From the NCBI GenBank assembly GCA_035552395.1, contig DASZLL010000044.1:10371-74370 (forward strand): DNA of 64,000 nucleotides. Direction: 5' to 3'. This document shows, piece by piece, positions 1-9,476 of this stretch (position 1 is its first letter; each line of letters opens with the position of its first letter). The stretch is from Acidimicrobiales bacterium (lineage in GTDB: Bacteria; Actinomycetota; Acidimicrobiia; Acidimicrobiales; RAAP-2). The position numbers were made by a program, and so were the translations under genes. The notes beneath the pieces are model-generated. The model was not told the origin of the DNA. It saw nothing but the letters and a program-made list of their open reading frames with translations, and did not search any database.

Positions 1-120
1 CCTCCGGTGGCGTGGGTGGGTGGCTTCGGCGCGGCCCTGGTGATCGGGGCCGTGGCGGGACTGCTGCCGGCGTTGCGAGCGGCGCGGCTCTCCCCCACCG
101 ACGCGCTGCGAACGGTCTGA
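1..120 (+). CDS. ABC transporter permease, FtsX/MacB-type, C-terminal fragment (5' end outside window)
   Basis: The frame is open from the window edge. The translation PPVAWVGGFGAALVIGAVAGLLPALRAARLSPTDALRTV* matches the last TM helix and conserved tail of FtsX-family permeases. Stop TGA at 118-120. Confidence 0.5.
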   Translation, partial: PPVAWVGGFGAALVIGAVAGLLPALRAARLSPTDALRTV

Positions 121-210
121 GCGGGCCGGGCCTGGGTGCGATTTGCCTGGCTCGGCCGCTCCCACGGTAGTTTGAGAACACTCTTTTCGACCCGAGAACT
201 TGGGGGAACG

Positions 211-609
211 ATGGCGAAGCAGATCCCGCTGGTGGACTACCTGGTGCTGGGGGACGATCCACACCTGGTGGCCAACGAGTGCACCGCCTGCGGGGCCCGC
301 TTCTTCGACCGGCGCAACGCCTGCGCCTCGTGCGGCAACACCGAGTTCAAGGTGGCCGAGGTCCCCACGACCGGCGAACTGCGGACGTTCACCATCGTGT
401 CCTTTGCCGCGCCGGGGGTCCCGGTGCCCTTCGTGGCCGGGGTCGTCGACTGTGAGGGCACGAGCGTGCGGGGGAACCTCATCAACGTGACCCCCGACCC
501 CGAACACGTGAGCACGGGAATGAAGGTCCGCCTGGCCACCCAGGTGATCGGCACGGACGAAGAAGGCACCGAAGCGGTTGGCTTCGGCTTTGAACCACTA
601 GGAGGTTAA
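211..609 (+). CDS. DUF35-type Zn-ribbon/OB-fold protein (acyl-CoA-associated partner of SCP-x thiolases)
   Basis: ATG at 211 lies inside ORF 136..609. The rubredoxin-like motif is C-TAC-G...C-ASC-G, followed by an OB-fold-like region. It sits 5 nt upstream of a thiolase-like gene, which is the usual pairing. Confidence 0.8.
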   Translation: MAKQIPLVDYLVLGDDPHLVANECTACGARFFDRRNACASCGNTEFKVAEVPTTGELRTFTIVSFAAPGVPVPFVAGVVDCEGTSVRGNLINVTPDPEHVSTGMKVRLATQVIGTDEEGTEAVGFGFEPLGG

Positions 610-614
610 GCACG

Positions 615-1826
615 ATGGCATCCGCTTCGGAAGAACTGTGGATCCTTGGCATCGACATGACGAAGTTCGGCAAGCACCCGGACCAGGACATCGTGGACTT
701 GGCGTCCGAGGCCGTCCAGGGCGCGCTCACCGACGCCGGCGTGACGATGAAGGACATCGGCATCATCGGGGCGGGCAACCTCATGATGGCGATGGCGCCG
801 ACCGGCCAGATGGTGCAGAAGCAGCTGGGCCAGACCGGCATCCCCGTCTACAACGTGTCGAACGCGTGCGCCACCGGGGCCACCGCCCTGCGGGTGGCCG
901 CCATGGCCGTGAAGGCCGGCGAGACCGACATGGGCCTCGCCTTCGGCGTCGAGAAGCTGTCGGGCGCCGGCCTGCTGGCGGGCGGCAGCCGCTCGGCCGA
1001 CTCCAACACGTGGACCCCGCACGGCCGCTACGGCGCGGTGGCAGGGGTGGACGGGCGGATCGGCACCGAGACCATGCCGGGCGTCTTCGCGCAGATCGGT
1101 ATGGAGTACGGCCACAAATATGGCGGCACGAGCTTCGAGCTCTTCGCCAAGATCAGCGAGAAGAACCACTCGCACTCGACGCTCAACCCGAAGGCGGCGT
1201 ACACCAAGAAGATGACGCTCGACGAGATCATGAACGACGTCATGATCGCCTACCCGAACACGCGGCCGATGTGCTCGGCCAACTGTGACGGCGCCGCCGC
1301 GGCCGTGGTGGTGTCGGGCGCCAAGCTCAAGACGCTGTCGCTCGAGCAGCAGAAGCGTGCGGTCAAGATCTCGGCCTCGATCCTCACGACCGACCCGTTC
1401 GAAGAGGCGTGCCAGATCCTGCCCAACGTCAACACGTTGACCCGGAACGCGGCGACCCAGGCGTACGAGCAGGCCGGCGTCGGCCCCCAGGACCTCAACC
1501 TGGTCGAGCTGCACGACTGCTTCGCCACCGCGGAATTGGTGCACTACGACAACCTGATGCTCTGCGAGGAGGGCGGCGCAGCCGACTTCTTCAACTCGGG
1601 CGCCACCTGGCGCGACGGGAAGACCCCGGTGAACGTGTCGGGCGGCCTCGAGTCCAAGGGCCACCCGATCGCGGCCACCGGCATCGCCAACATCTGGGAG
1701 GTGGCAACCCACCTCCGCGGCGAGGCGGGCGACCGCCAGATCGCGGGCGCCAAGGTGGGCCTGGCCCACGTCATCGGCCTCGGCTCCGCCTGCGGCGTGC
1801 ACATCTTGGAGAAGTCGGCGGCCTGA
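615..1826 (+). CDS. Thiolase-like lipid-transfer protein (SCP-x/Ltp-type thiolase)
   Basis: 403-aa ORF. Motifs seen: NVSNACATGATAL (active-site Cys loop), SGGLESKGHPIAATG and GLGSACGVHIL. Adjacent to the DUF35 partner. Confidence 0.85.
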   Translation: MASASEELWILGIDMTKFGKHPDQDIVDLASEAVQGALTDAGVTMKDIGIIGAGNLMMAMAPTGQMVQKQLGQTGIPVYNVSNACATGATALRVAAMAVKAGETDMGLAFGVEKLSGAGLLAGGSRSADSNTWTPHGRYGAVAGVDGRIGTETMPGVFAQIGMEYGHKYGGTSFELFAKISEKNHSHSTLNPKAAYTKKMTLDEIMNDVMIAYPNTRPMCSANCDGAAAAVVVSGAKLKTLSLEQQKRAVKISASILTTDPFEEACQILPNVNTLTRNAATQAYEQAGVGPQDLNLVELHDCFATAELVHYDNLMLCEEGGAADFFNSGATWRDGKTPVNVSGGLESKGHPIAATGIANIWEVATHLRGEAGDRQIAGAKVGLAHVIGLGSACGVHILEKSAA

Positions 1827-1848
1827 ACCGTCGCCGCTCCGGTCGGCC

Positions 1849-2595
1849 GTGGCGACCTCGCCCGTCTACGACACGATCGGGCGGAACTACACGGCCCACC
1901 GGCGCGCCGACCCCCGCTGGGAGGCGGTGGTCACCGAGCAGATCGGCGACGCCCGGCGCATCGTCAACGTGGGCGCGGGCACCGGGTCCTACGAGCCGGT
2001 GGGCCGCGACCTGGTGGCCGTGGAGCCGTCCACCGTCATGCTCGGCCAGCGCGCCGTTGGCGCAGCTCCCGCCCTGCGTGCCCGCGCGTCCGCGCTCCCG
2101 GTGCAGACCGGCTGGGCGGAGCTGGCGATGGCGATCCTCACCGTGCACCACTGGGACGACTGGGCCCGTGGTCTCGACGAGCTCTGTCGGGTGGCGCCCC
2201 GCCGGATCGTGTTCGGCATCGACTTCGAGTTGCACGCCACCTTCTGGCTGCTCCGGGAGTACCTCCCCGAGGTGCGCGACCACACGCTGCGGTGTGCCCC
2301 GGCGGCCGACGTGATCGCGGAGGCCATCGGCGCAACGACGTCGATCGTGCTGCCGGTACCTCGCGACCTCGAGGACGGTGTCATGGGCGCCCACTGGTGC
2401 CGGCCCGAGTCGTACCTCGATCCCACGGTCCGGGCCAACGCCTCGGGGATCGCGCTCTCGGACCCGGCGACGACCGCGGCGGGGATCTCACGCCTCGAGG
2501 CCGACCTGGCCAGCGGCGCGTGGCACGAGCGCCACGCCGACCTGGCGGCGTGCAAGACGATCGACCTCGGGTACCGGCTGCTCGTCTCCGGCTGA
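1849..2595 (+). CDS. Class I SAM-dependent methyltransferase
   Basis: 248-aa ORF with a GTG start. It carries the glycine-rich SAM motif I, VNVGAGTGSY, followed by an acidic loop (LVAVEPS). Confidence 0.7.
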   Translation: MATSPVYDTIGRNYTAHRRADPRWEAVVTEQIGDARRIVNVGAGTGSYEPVGRDLVAVEPSTVMLGQRAVGAAPALRARASALPVQTGWAELAMAILTVHHWDDWARGLDELCRVAPRRIVFGIDFELHATFWLLREYLPEVRDHTLRCAPAADVIAEAIGATTSIVLPVPRDLEDGVMGAHWCRPESYLDPTVRANASGIALSDPATTAAGISRLEADLASGAWHERHADLAACKTIDLGYRLLVSG

Positions 2596-2599
2596 TCCG

Positions 2600-3130
2600 A
2601 TGGTGACGCTGCGGCCGATGCAACTCGACGACCTGGGTCTGGTCCGGCACTGGCTGGCCGAGCCCCACGTCGCCCGCTGGTTCCTGGCGGGGTCGTCGCT
2701 CGAACGTGAGCTCGAGGACATCCGCCTGAGCGTCACCGGGGCCCAGCCCGTGCACCTCCTCGTTGCGCTCGACGACGACCGGCCGATCGGGTGGTGCCAG
2801 TGGTATGTGTGCGAGGACAACCTCGAGTGGTCGGCCGAGATCGGCGCCGCACCCGGCGACGTGGGCGTCGACTACGCCATCGGCGAGCCAACCTCCGTCG
2901 GACGCGGGCTCGGGACCGATCTGATCGCAGCGCTCGTCGCGTTCGTGCGGGCCGAGCGCTCAGAGGACTGCGTCGTCATGGCAGACCCCGAGGCGCACAA
3001 CGTCGCGTCGAGGCGGGTACTCGAGAAGAACGGGTTCGAGCTCGTCGCGGAGAAGGCGATGGCGTGCGAACCCACCGACGACCCGATGGCGATCTATCGG
3101 TTGGCGGCGGCGAGCGACTCGGCCGGCTAA
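2600..3130 (+). CDS. GNAT family N-acetyltransferase
   Basis: ATG at 2600 within ORF 2378..3130. The N-terminus LRPMQLDDLGLVRHWLAEPHVARWF and the GRGLGTDLI acetyl-CoA loop are typical of the Acetyltransf_8/AAC(6')-like GNAT subgroup. Confidence 0.75.
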   Translation: MVTLRPMQLDDLGLVRHWLAEPHVARWFLAGSSLERELEDIRLSVTGAQPVHLLVALDDDRPIGWCQWYVCEDNLEWSAEIGAAPGDVGVDYAIGEPTSVGRGLGTDLIAALVAFVRAERSEDCVVMADPEAHNVASRRVLEKNGFELVAEKAMACEPTDDPMAIYRLAAASDSAG

Positions 3131-3373
3131 GACGCGCGCCGCGGCAATACCGACTCCAGCAACCCGGTCGCAACAGGGCCATACGGACTAGCCCGTTTCG
3201 GCTACGTGCGCGCCACACACGTTTGCGCTGGCGTCCTTCGGGAACAGCCCTTGGTTACAGGAAAAGGTTCAGGAATCGGCGGCCTACCTCTTCAAGCACG
3301 ATGAGGTAGGGAGGGTGAACGGACGAAACCTGGCGGAAGTCGTCGAGCACTTTCACCCTTAAGGAGGTACGGA

Positions 3374-5044
3374 ATGCGCGGAGTTTCGGGACATCATCGG
3401 TTCTCTGCAGCTGCGGTGATGCTCGCAGCCGCCATCGGGACGACAACAGCGGCGTTCGTGATCGTCCCGACATCTCCAGCATTGGCGACGTCGGCGCCTG
3501 CTGCCGCCGACGGGCTCGACGCGACGGCAGGTGCTTCCAACGCGACTGACAGCACCGGCATCACCGACACCACCGGAGCGACCGGCAACACCGGCACAAG
3601 TGGCGTCACTGCTCCACGCGCGACCTCGACGACGACCGCGCCGGCGGCGCCGTCAGGCGGACCTGGCGACGCCACGGGATCCGCGGCGAAGACGAACACC
3701 ACGGAACCGTCCGGACCAGTCGGATCGACCACCACCCGGGCTTCCAATTCAGCCATCATGAGCGCGTCGACCGCCTCGGGCGCGGGTGCCACACCGAACG
3801 CTGACCCGTCTTCCGTCACCGACGGCACGGTCACATGGACAGGCAACGGGACCACGAACGGGCTATGCAACGGTACGGAGACCGATCTTGGTCCGATCCC
3901 CAACGGCGAGCAGGCGTGGCTGTTCATCTTGACGTCGCCAGGGTCAGATCCCTTTGAACTGACGACCAACTTGGGCGATGCGACCGGGACTCCGCAGGGA
4001 AACGGGTCGATCCACTTCGTCCTCTTTACGCCCCTGGACGCCATCTTGACCTCCGCTTCAGCGGTGACGGGGACGGGGACCTCGATCCTCACGGTCTCTG
4101 GTTGCCAGCTCGGCGCTCCCCTCATCTCCACGACCACCTCGACCACCGTGGACGACGCCTCGACCGGCGCGCCCTGGAGCGGCGACGAGGCCGTCGGCGC
4201 GACCGCCTACGACACCGCCATAGTGTCGCCCACCACGGTCGGGGCCGCACCCTTGTCGGGCACCGTCACCTACAAGTTGTTCAGCAACGGATCGTGCGAC
4301 GGCCCCGGTGCGGCGCAGACGGTCACGCTCAATGCGGACGGGACCGTGCCGCACTCGCCAACGACCCTGCCGCTGGCGGCTGGGAATTACTCGTATGACG
4401 CCGTCTACAACGGAGACTCCAATTACGCGGCCTCGCTCGTGGGCTCCTGTGAGCCCTTCAATGTCGCTCAGACCACACCGACGATCACGACGGTGGTGTT
4501 CGATGCAGCGACGAACGCGCCGTGGGCGGGGACCGAGGTGGCAGGCTCGACCGCTTACGACACCTCGACCCTGAGCGGGACGGCCACCGGCCTCGACCCG
4601 ACTGGCACCGTCACCTATACCTTCTTCCCCAACGGGACGTGCGCGGCACCCGGCACGGCTGAGACAGTGACAATTGCCGGCGGTGTGGTGCCAAACTCGC
4701 CCACCACGTTGACCTTGCCGGCTGGCCATTACTCCTATGACGCCGTGTATAGCGGCGACGACAATTACAGCCCGTCGGCGGTAGGCGCATGCGAGCCTTT
4801 CTCCGTCGTAGTGAGCACCAGCTCATCGACCACAACCGGCCCAGGCGCCACGGCGACACCTACGGCCGCGGCCCCAGCGGCCTCCCCCGTGACGCCTGCT
4901 ACCGCGGCTCCCGCTGCGGCCTCGTCAGCCGGGCTTGCTTTCACGGGTGCGGATCTTTCGACGCTGTTCGCCGCGGGACTCCTCTTGATCGCAACGGGCT
5001 CCGCCCTCGCGTTGGGGTCGCGCCGGCGCCGGCGGCAGGCCTAG
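3374..5044 (+). CDS. Sortase-anchored cell-surface protein (LAxTG sorting signal) with two tandem Ig-like repeats
   Basis: AAGGAGG lies 7 nt upstream of the ATG. The protein has an N-terminal signal peptide and a Thr/Gly/Ala/Ser-rich spacer. Two ~113-aa repeats (about 4130-4465 and 4466-4810) share GTVTYxxFxNGxCxxPGxAxTVT...PxSPTTLxLxAGxYSYDAVYxGDxNYxxSxVGxCEPF. The C-terminus is LAFTG (4934-4948), then a hydrophobic helix, then RRRRRQA. Confidence 0.8.
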   Translation: MRGVSGHHRFSAAAVMLAAAIGTTTAAFVIVPTSPALATSAPAAADGLDATAGASNATDSTGITDTTGATGNTGTSGVTAPRATSTTTAPAAPSGGPGDATGSAAKTNTTEPSGPVGSTTTRASNSAIMSASTASGAGATPNADPSSVTDGTVTWTGNGTTNGLCNGTETDLGPIPNGEQAWLFILTSPGSDPFELTTNLGDATGTPQGNGSIHFVLFTPLDAILTSASAVTGTGTSILTVSGCQLGAPLISTTTSTTVDDASTGAPWSGDEAVGATAYDTAIVSPTTVGAAPLSGTVTYKLFSNGSCDGPGAAQTVTLNADGTVPHSPTTLPLAAGNYSYDAVYNGDSNYAASLVGSCEPFNVAQTTPTITTVVFDAATNAPWAGTEVAGSTAYDTSTLSGTATGLDPTGTVTYTFFPNGTCAAPGTAETVTIAGGVVPNSPTTLTLPAGHYSYDAVYSGDDNYSPSAVGACEPFSVVVSTSSSTTTGPGATATPTAAAPAASPVTPATAAPAAASSAGLAFTGADLSTLFAAGLLLIATGSALALGSRRRRRQA

Positions 5045-5080
5045 CTACTCGGGCCCTCACGGACGCTCGATACGACCTCG

Positions 5081-6460
5081 TCAGACCGCGCGGGCGGCCA
5101 GCGGCACCGGCCGGGCCAGGCTCCAGCCGAAGGTGTCCTCGATCTCGGCCAGCGCCAGCGGCGTGGCCAGGTCGGTAACGGTCGGCCCGACGCGGTCGGC
5201 CACCGCCTGCAATAGGTCGCCGTCGAAGCCCCACAGGTCGATGGCGTTGGTGCCCAGCATGCGGCGCACCTCGTCCTCGGGCAGCCCGCCGAAGATGTAG
5301 CGCAGGGTCTCGCGGTGGACTGGTGCGGCGCCCTCGAGATGCGGATAGTCCGCTCCCCACATCAGCTTGTCCAGCCCGATCTCGTGACGCATCTCGGCTT
5401 CGTAGCGCTTCATCAGCGAGCCGCCGAGCCACACGTGCTGCTCGAAATAGTCGCGCGGGCGCATCTTGAGGTACGAGCGCACCGGCGCGCCGCCGTGCGT
5501 GTCGAAGAAGGACTCCATGTCGCGGATGAGCGAGGGCAGCCACTGCACGCCGTTCTCCGTGACCACGACCTTCAGGTTCGGGTGGCGGTCGAACACGCCG
5601 CCGAAGATCATGAACCAGAGCGGCCGCCGGGTGAAGACGAACACCTCGAAGAGGCCGAGCATGCCGCCGTGGGCCTCGTCGTAAAGGAACTTGGTGTCGG
5701 TCGCCGACCCGGACGCCCCAGTGTGCAGGGTGACCACCATCTGGTGCTCCTCACACGCGCTCCAGAACGGGTCGTAGTACTCGTCGGCGTAGCCGGGCAG
5801 TCGCGACGTCACCGACATCGCCGGCAGCATCACGCCACCGGTGATCCCGTGCCGGCGCGCCCAGGCCACCTCTTCGACAGCGCGGTCCATGTCGTGGAAG
5901 TCGATCGGCATGCACCCGGCACGGCGCCCCGGCGCCGCCGCGCAGAAGTCGGCCAGCCAGCGGATGTAGGCGTGGAGCGCCGGCCAGACCGGCTCGAGGG
6001 CCTTGTCGGTCACCGCCCCGAGATACATCGCCGGCGAGAGCCCCCCCGCCAGGATCGGGCCGGGCAAAGTCACCTCGGCGTGGATGCCCTGGTCCTCGAG
6101 CACCTGGAGGCGCCGGCCGTCGCCATCACCCGCCACCACCCAGTCGGCGCCGTAGTGCGCCAACCAGCCCGCGGCGGCGTCGGTGTCGACACCCATGCCG
6201 GCCAGCCGCCGGGTCGCAGTCGCGCGGACGGGGTCCGCCTCGTCGATCTCGCCGGGGTCGACCCCACCGAACATGGAGATGGCCGTCGCCGACATGTCTC
6301 CGAAGACGGCCACCGCGTCGCGCTCGCCCGGATCGACGTACGACAGGAACTGGTCGAGGCTGTCGGGCGACGCGTGGGTGTCGGACGAGACGACCACGTA
6401 GTTGCGCCCCCGCATCGATTTCGCCGCCGAGCCCGCCGCCCCGGCCGTGCCGTCAGGCAT
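5081..6460 (-). CDS. Amidohydrolase-2 family metal-dependent hydrolase
   Basis: 459-aa ORF. The VVSSDTHA metal-binding start motif and overall TIM-barrel amidohydrolase (PF04909-like) features are present. An alternative start is M16 at 6415. Confidence 0.75.
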   Translation of the reverse strand: MPDGTAGAAGSAAKSMRGRNYVVVSSDTHASPDSLDQFLSYVDPGERDAVAVFGDMSATAISMFGGVDPGEIDEADPVRATATRRLAGMGVDTDAAAGWLAHYGADWVVAGDGDGRRLQVLEDQGIHAEVTLPGPILAGGLSPAMYLGAVTDKALEPVWPALHAYIRWLADFCAAAPGRRAGCMPIDFHDMDRAVEEVAWARRHGITGGVMLPAMSVTSRLPGYADEYYDPFWSACEEHQMVVTLHTGASGSATDTKFLYDEAHGGMLGLFEVFVFTRRPLWFMIFGGVFDRHPNLKVVVTENGVQWLPSLIRDMESFFDTHGGAPVRSYLKMRPRDYFEQHVWLGGSLMKRYEAEMRHEIGLDKLMWGADYPHLEGAAPVHRETLRYIFGGLPEDEVRRMLGTNAIDLWGFDGDLLQAVADRVGPTVTDLATPLALAEIEDTFGWSLARPVPLAARAV

Positions 6461-6571
6461 GGCAACCGTCTCCCTTCACCAGAGACCCTGGTCAGTGCCT
6501 CGCACACTACAGCCGGCCCATTGGGCGCAGCCGCGGTCGGGGGAACAGTATTTTTGGGCGCCGGTCACCCC

Positions 6572-7360
6572 ATGCACACCTCCTCCACTCTCGTCCTCGT
6601 CCTCGCCGTCTTCGGAGCCAGCCTGGTCGAGATGGTGGAGGCGCTGACCCTGGTCGTGGCCGCCGGCGTCAGCCGGGGCTGGCGCTCCGCCCTCGAGGGG
6701 GCGGCCGCCGCCGTCCTGGTGCTGGCCGTGCTCGTCCTGGCTCTGGGCGTGCCACTCATCCGTTACGTGCCGATCGACGCGCTCCGCGTCATCGTGGGGG
6801 CGCTGCTCCTCGTCCTGGGACTCGGCTGGCTCCGCAAGGCGATCCTGCGCTCGAGCGGCCACAAGGCCCTCCACGACGAGGACAAGATCTACGACGAGAC
6901 CGTCGCCGAGCTGCGCGCGGACTCGAGCGGTACGCCCGCTCGTCCGGCCAAGGGCCGGGACCCCGTCGGTTTCGCCGTCGCGTTCAAGGGGGTGTTCCTC
7001 GAGGGCACCGAGGTCGTCCTGATCGTGGTCAGCCTCGGCGCCGCCCAGCACCGCCTGGGCCTGGCCGCGCTGGCCGCGGCGGCCGCCCTCGTGCTGGTCA
7101 CCACCGTCGGCGTGATCGTCTCGCGCCAACTCAGCGAGGTGCCGGAGAACACGATCAAGCTCGTGGTCGGGATCATGCTCAGCAGCTTCGGGGTCTTCTG
7201 GGTCGGGGAGGGCGCCGGGGTGCACTGGCCCGGGTCCGACCTGGCCCTCCCGGTGCTGGTTGGCTTCTTCCTCGTCGTCTACTTCGCGTACACCGCGCTT
7301 CTGCGCACGCTGCTCCCCGCGGCGCCGGATGCGGTGGCCGAGGAGGCGGCGGCCACATGA
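6572..7360 (+). CDS. Two-repeat integral membrane protein (COG4280/GDT1-like), putative cation transporter
   Basis: ATG at 6572 is in frame within ORF 5315..7360. The upstream part of that ORF is antisense to the amidohydrolase. About 6 TM helices, with an internal duplication carrying acidic intramembrane motifs LVEMVEAL and FLEGTEVV. Confidence 0.55.
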   Translation: MHTSSTLVLVLAVFGASLVEMVEALTLVVAAGVSRGWRSALEGAAAAVLVLAVLVLALGVPLIRYVPIDALRVIVGALLLVLGLGWLRKAILRSSGHKALHDEDKIYDETVAELRADSSGTPARPAKGRDPVGFAVAFKGVFLEGTEVVLIVVSLGAAQHRLGLAALAAAAALVLVTTVGVIVSRQLSEVPENTIKLVVGIMLSSFGVFWVGEGAGVHWPGSDLALPVLVGFFLVVYFAYTALLRTLLPAAPDAVAEEAAAT

Positions 7361-7593
7361 CCGACGCCGCGGTCCGCGCGGTCCGCTGGTTCGGACGGTT
7401 CCTGTGGGACTTCGTGATCGGCGACACGCCCGAGCTGGCACTGGCCACCGGCGTCATCGTGGCCGTCGCGTTCCTGCTCGACGGGAGCGAGTGGGTGGGA
7501 GCGACCCTGTTGCCGCTGCTGGCGGCCGGCTTCCTGCTGGCCAGCACGCTGCGGGGCCGGCGGCGGGCGCCGAGCCGCTCCACGAGTCCCTGA
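7357..7593 (+). CDS. Small membrane protein (2 TM), translationally coupled to the upstream transporter-like gene
   Basis: ATGA start-stop overlap at 7357-7360. The 78-aa product has two hydrophobic helices and a basic tail. Confidence 0.5.
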   Translation: MTDAAVRAVRWFGRFLWDFVIGDTPELALATGVIVAVAFLLDGSEWVGATLLPLLAAGFLLASTLRGRRRAPSRSTSP

Positions 7594-7610
7594 CCCTCGA
7601 CGCGGCGGGA

Positions 7611-7630
7611 TCCATACCTTAAGGTATGGA
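7611..7630. promoter_or_regulatory. Perfect 20-bp palindrome TCCATACCTTAAGGTATGGA, candidate TetR operator upstream of the P450-TetR operon
   Basis: The two 10-nt halves are exact reverse complements. It is AT-rich against a GC-rich background. It lies 30 nt upstream of the P450 start (7660), and a TetR regulator is encoded immediately after the P450. Confidence 0.5.
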
Positions 7631-7659
7631 ACGGGGGGAATCCTGAGATCGGGGGCACC

Positions 7660-8913
7660 ATGAGGAGCACCGCCAAATTGAGCATCGGCGAGGCGGGACG
7701 GGTTTTCGTCGACCCGACGGCCTATGCCGACGAGCAGCGCTTCCACGAGGCCACCACCCTCCTGCGCCGGGAATCTCCCGTGCACTGGATTGACGAGCCG
7801 GGCTACCGGCCATTCTGGGCCGTCACCCGCCATGAGGACGTAATGGACGTCGAGCGCGACAACGCGCGCTTTCTCAGCGCGCCACGCCCACTGCTGGCGA
7901 CCGAGGCTGCCGAGACCCTCGCCGAGGAGAAGGGGCAGGTGCTGCGCACGCTCATCCACATGGACGAGCCGGACCACAAGGCCTACCGCGCGGTGGCGGC
8001 GGCCTGGTTCCAGCCCAAACAGCTCAAGCGCATGGAGGACCGGATGAACGAGCTGGCGGTCCGCTTCGTCGACCGCATGGCCGAGCTCGGGACCGAGTGC
8101 GACTTCGCCCGCGACATCGCCGTCCACTATCCGCTCTACGTGATCCTGTCGCTCCTCGGCCTCCCCGAGAGCGACTTCGACCGGATGCTCATGCTTACCC
8201 AACAGCTCTTCGGCGGCGACGACGAGGAGCTGCGCCGCTCCACCGATCTCGAGGAGCAGTTCACGGTGCTGCTCGACTTCTTCAACTACTTCACCGAGCT
8301 GACCGCCTCGCGCCGCATCACCCCGACCGAGGACCTGGCCTCCGTGCTCGCCAACGCGCGCATCGACGGGGACTACATACCCGACATGGACCTGGCGTCG
8401 TACTACGTGATCATCGCGACGGCGGGCCACGACACGACGAGCTCCACCATCGCCGGCGGGCTCCACGCCCTGCTGCGCCACCCCGACGAGCTGGCCCGGC
8501 TCCAGGCGGACCCTGAGCTTCTGTCGAGCGCGGTCGAAGAGATGATCCGCTGGGTCACCCCGGTCAAGGAGTTCATGCGGACGGCCGCCGAGAACGCGGT
8601 CGTCGGCGGCACCGAAGTCGAAGCGGGCCAGTCGCTGTACCTCGCCTACCTCTCGGCCAACCGGGACGAGGCGGTCTTCGACGACCCCTTCCGCTTCGAC
8701 GTCGGGCGCCAACCCAACAAGCACCTCGCCTTCGGGTTCGGCCCGCACTTCTGCCTCGGGGCGCAGCTCGCCCGGCTGGAGACCAGGGCGCTCTTCGCCG
8801 AACTGCTGCCGCGCCTGGTGTCGATCGAGCTGGCCGGCACGCCGACCTCGTCGGCCACGGTCTTCGTGGGGGGCCTGAAGACGCTGCCGATCCGCTACCG
8901 CCTGCGTTCCTGA
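7660..8913 (+). CDS. Cytochrome P450 monooxygenase
   Basis: 417-aa ORF. Heme-thiolate loop FGFGPHFCLGAQLAR, I-helix ATAGHDTTSS and EEMIRW (ExxR) are all present. Confidence 0.9.
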   Translation: MRSTAKLSIGEAGRVFVDPTAYADEQRFHEATTLLRRESPVHWIDEPGYRPFWAVTRHEDVMDVERDNARFLSAPRPLLATEAAETLAEEKGQVLRTLIHMDEPDHKAYRAVAAAWFQPKQLKRMEDRMNELAVRFVDRMAELGTECDFARDIAVHYPLYVILSLLGLPESDFDRMLMLTQQLFGGDDEELRRSTDLEEQFTVLLDFFNYFTELTASRRITPTEDLASVLANARIDGDYIPDMDLASYYVIIATAGHDTTSSTIAGGLHALLRHPDELARLQADPELLSSAVEEMIRWVTPVKEFMRTAAENAVVGGTEVEAGQSLYLAYLSANRDEAVFDDPFRFDVGRQPNKHLAFGFGPHFCLGAQLARLETRALFAELLPRLVSIELAGTPTSSATVFVGGLKTLPIRYRLRS

Positions 8914-9476
8914 TGCCGCCCGAGGGGCTCAGCCGGAACGCGTACTACGAGGCCGGCTTGGAGCTGCTCGCGGACCGCGGACATTCCGGCCTCACCATCG
9001 CCGCGCTATGCGAGCAGCTCGGGGTGACAAAGGGTTCCTTTTACCATCACTTCGGCGACATGGCCGGGTACGTTGCGCTCCTGCTCGGCCACTGGGAAGC
9101 CGAACACGCCACGCGCCTCATCGCCCTCTCCGAGTCGGTGTCGGACCCCGAGGAGCGCTTCGACCTTCTCCAGAAGATCGCCGTGGGTCTGCCTCATGGC
9201 GCAGAAGCCGCGATTCGCGCCTGGAGTTGGAACAGCGCGCTGGTGGCGGCCGCCCAACAGCGCGTCGACGAGGCCCGCTTGTCGCACCTGACCCGCGCCG
9301 GCGTCGACGCGGGCCTTGGTCCGGCGCGAGCGTGGCGCATGGCCAGAATCTCGCTCAGCGTCTTGATCGGGATGCAGCTGCTGGAACGACCGGCGCAACG
9401 GGCGTCGATGGAGGACGTCTTCGGCGAGCTCCGGCATTGGATGGCTGTTGAGGACCCGGCCGCGATTGCGCTCTGA
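8913..9476 (+). CDS. TetR/AcrR family transcriptional regulator
   Basis: The start overlaps the P450 stop (TGATG). N-terminal HTH: GLTIAALCEQLGVTKGSFYHHF. Confidence 0.85.
   Translation: MPPEGLSRNAYYEAGLELLADRGHSGLTIAALCEQLGVTKGSFYHHFGDMAGYVALLLGHWEAEHATRLIALSESVSDPEERFDLLQKIAVGLPHGAEAAIRAWSWNSALVAAAQQRVDEARLSHLTRAGVDAGLGPARAWRMARISLSVLIGMQLLERPAQRASMEDVFGELRHWMAVEDPAAIAL

Noticed and set aside
5315-6571. N-terminal 419 codons of ORF 5315..7360
   Set aside because: This part is antisense to the amidohydrolase gene and is Arg/His/Val-rich nonsense. The membrane-protein sequence begins only at the in-frame ATG at 6572.
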